From contig PMCS01000030.1 of the NCBI GenBank assembly GCA_003154195.1, forward strand, positions 59,446 to 123,445: DNA of 64,000 bases, given 5' to 3'. Each line of letters starts with the position of its first letter. The stretch's first letter is position 1. The DNA comes from Candidatus Omnitrophota bacterium. GTDB lineage: Bacteria > Omnitrophota > Gorgyraeia > Duberdicusellales > 4484-171. Below, one piece after another: positions 63,183 through 64,000 of this stretch. Both the position numbers and the translations under genes were made by a program. Under the pieces are notes generated by a model that saw nothing but the letters and a program-made list of their open reading frames with translations, made no database searches and was not told where the DNA came from.

Positions 63183-63256
63183 GCGGGCGTAGTTCAATGG
63201 TAGAACACTAGCCTTCCAAGCTGGATACGTCGGTTCGATCCCGATCGCCCGCTCCA
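63183..63256 (+). tRNA. tRNA-Gly (anticodon TCC), 3' CCA encoded
   Basis: Acceptor GCGGGCG/CGCCCGC, D arm GTTCAATGGTAGAAC, anticodon arm CTAGC-CTTCCAA-GCTGG, T loop TTCGATC. Confidence 0.85.
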
Positions 63257-63295
63257 ATGAGGCTTACGTTTTTTCGAGCCGAAGGCGAAGCCGTC

Positions 63296-63352
63296 TGTGA
63301 ATGATATTGGTGGTTATCAGCGATCATCCGCATCTTCTTATCGGCGATTATC
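63296..63352 (+). repeat. Solo TIR of the GxxExxY element family
   Basis: tatcagcgatcatccgcatcttcttatcggcgattatctgtgc matches the right TIR tatctgcgatcatcagcatcttttaatcagcgatcatctgcac. It lies 16 nt upstream of the gpsA ATG. Confidence 0.55.
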
Positions 63353-63367
63353 TGTGCTTAATTTAAT

Positions 63368-64000
63368 ATGAAAAAAATATCAATTTTCGGAGCCGGCGGC
63401 TGGGGCACGACATTAGCGGTAATTCTTGCTAATAAACCGGATTTAACCGTAACCCTCTGGTCGCCTTTTAAAAATGAAGTTGCGGCTATAGTCAAAGATG
63501 CGGAAAACCGAAATTTTCTTGCCGGTATAAAAATTCCCGCTTCTTTAACGGTTACCTCCGATACGGCGCAAGCTTTATCCTCGGAATTATTAATTTTTGC
63601 CATACCTTCGGAATATCTTCGTCAAACCTTGAGAACGATCAAAAAGGTAAATAGCGATTTAGAGCAAAAAATCATTCTTAGCGTTGTTAAGGGCATTGAA
63701 ATAAAAAGCCTTAAGCGGCCGAGTGAAATTATTCGGGAAGAATTAGGTTTAAAGCCATCGAATATTGTTGTTCTTTGCGGCCCGAATATCGCCAGGGAAA
63801 TAGCTAAGGGGTTGCCGGCAGTCTCAACCGCTGCGTCATCGGATATCAAAAGCGCCGCCTACGTGCAGAAAATCTTTGAGCATACGCCGCTGCGTGTTTA
63901 TGCCAATACCGATGTTGTCGGCGTAGAAATCGCCGCCTCGCTTAAAAACATCATCGCGATTGCTTGCGGAATTTCCGACGGCCTGGGGTTCGGCACAAAT
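63368..64000 (+). CDS. gpsA: NAD(P)H-dependent glycerol-3-phosphate dehydrogenase (3' end beyond the window)
   Basis: MKKISIFGAGGWGTTLAVILA (GxGxxG) and NIVVLCGPNIAREIA. The frame stays open to the window end. It is absent from the ORF track because there is no stop in the window. Confidence 0.85.
   Translation, partial: MKKISIFGAGGWGTTLAVILANKPDLTVTLWSPFKNEVAAIVKDAENRNFLAGIKIPASLTVTSDTAQALSSELLIFAIPSEYLRQTLRTIKKVNSDLEQKIILSVVKGIEIKSLKRPSEIIREELGLKPSNIVVLCGPNIAREIAKGLPAVSTAASSDIKSAAYVQKIFEHTPLRVYANTDVVGVEIAASLKNIIAIACGISDGLGFGTN

Noticed and set aside
62997-63257. 86-aa minus-strand ORF (MERAIGIEPTYPAW...)
   Set aside because: It is the antisense translation of tRNA-Gly (the GIEPT signature comes from the T arm) and of the tRNA-Tyr fragment.
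1-64000. Transposase, integrase, prophage or IS elements
   Set aside because: No DDE, tyrosine-recombinase, serine-recombinase or phage structural signatures were seen in any frame. The only mobile-looking units are the small TIR-bounded GxxExxY element and the intron-associated ORF.

Overview
This 64-kb window is low-GC apart from the two giant genes, and almost all genes lie on the plus strand. I read it as four parts. (1) Positions ~1-36,000 form a large surface-glycan biosynthesis island. It holds rfbA, rfbD, rfbB, gmd, a DegT-type sugar aminotransferase, a HAD phosphatase, several GT2 glycosyltransferases plus GT4 and GT26 enzymes, an undecaprenyl-phosphate sugar phosphotransferase, an O-antigen-ligase-like protein, a Wzx-like flippase and three GT-C-like polytopic membrane proteins. 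It is unusually rich in cobalamin-binding radical-SAM enzymes (three here, a fourth at 52,163 on the minus strand, and a small radical-SAM protein at 36,096) and in class-I SAM methyltransferases (five domains). A VapBC pair and a fused MNT-HEPN protein are embedded in it. (2) Positions ~36,000-39,400 hold yggS, a TIR-bounded GxxExxY-nuclease mini-element, an MBL hydrolase and a small lipoprotein. (3) Positions 40,194-52,084 hold two tandem giant paralogous genes (2373 and 1500 aa). They share an unrecognised ~330-aa N-terminal domain behind a signal peptide, divergent central regions (coiled coil, PBS-lyase/HEAT-like repeats, Ala/Pro/Thr-rich linkers), one internal TM helix and a near-identical ~55-aa C-terminal module. 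The first copy is bracketed by ~180-bp inverted repeats and sits downstream of a triplicated promoter module. I regard this pair as the most likely undescribed system in the window. (4) Positions 52,100-64,000 are housekeeping: a B12 radical-SAM gene, tilS, ftsH, folP, cdaA, pdxJ, acpS, nnr, tRNA-Thr, a tRNA-Tyr(GUA) interrupted by a 231-nt group I intron, an adjacent LAGLIDADG-like ORF, tRNA-Gly and the start of gpsA. Intergenic space carries at least eight families of structured repeats: telomere-like G-tract palindromes, CTTG-loop hairpins with compensatory stem changes, GC-rich GNRA-like hairpins and a repeated promoter module. I found no rRNA, CRISPR array, transposase or integrase. All calls come from reading translations and sequence motifs by eye; no database search was possible.
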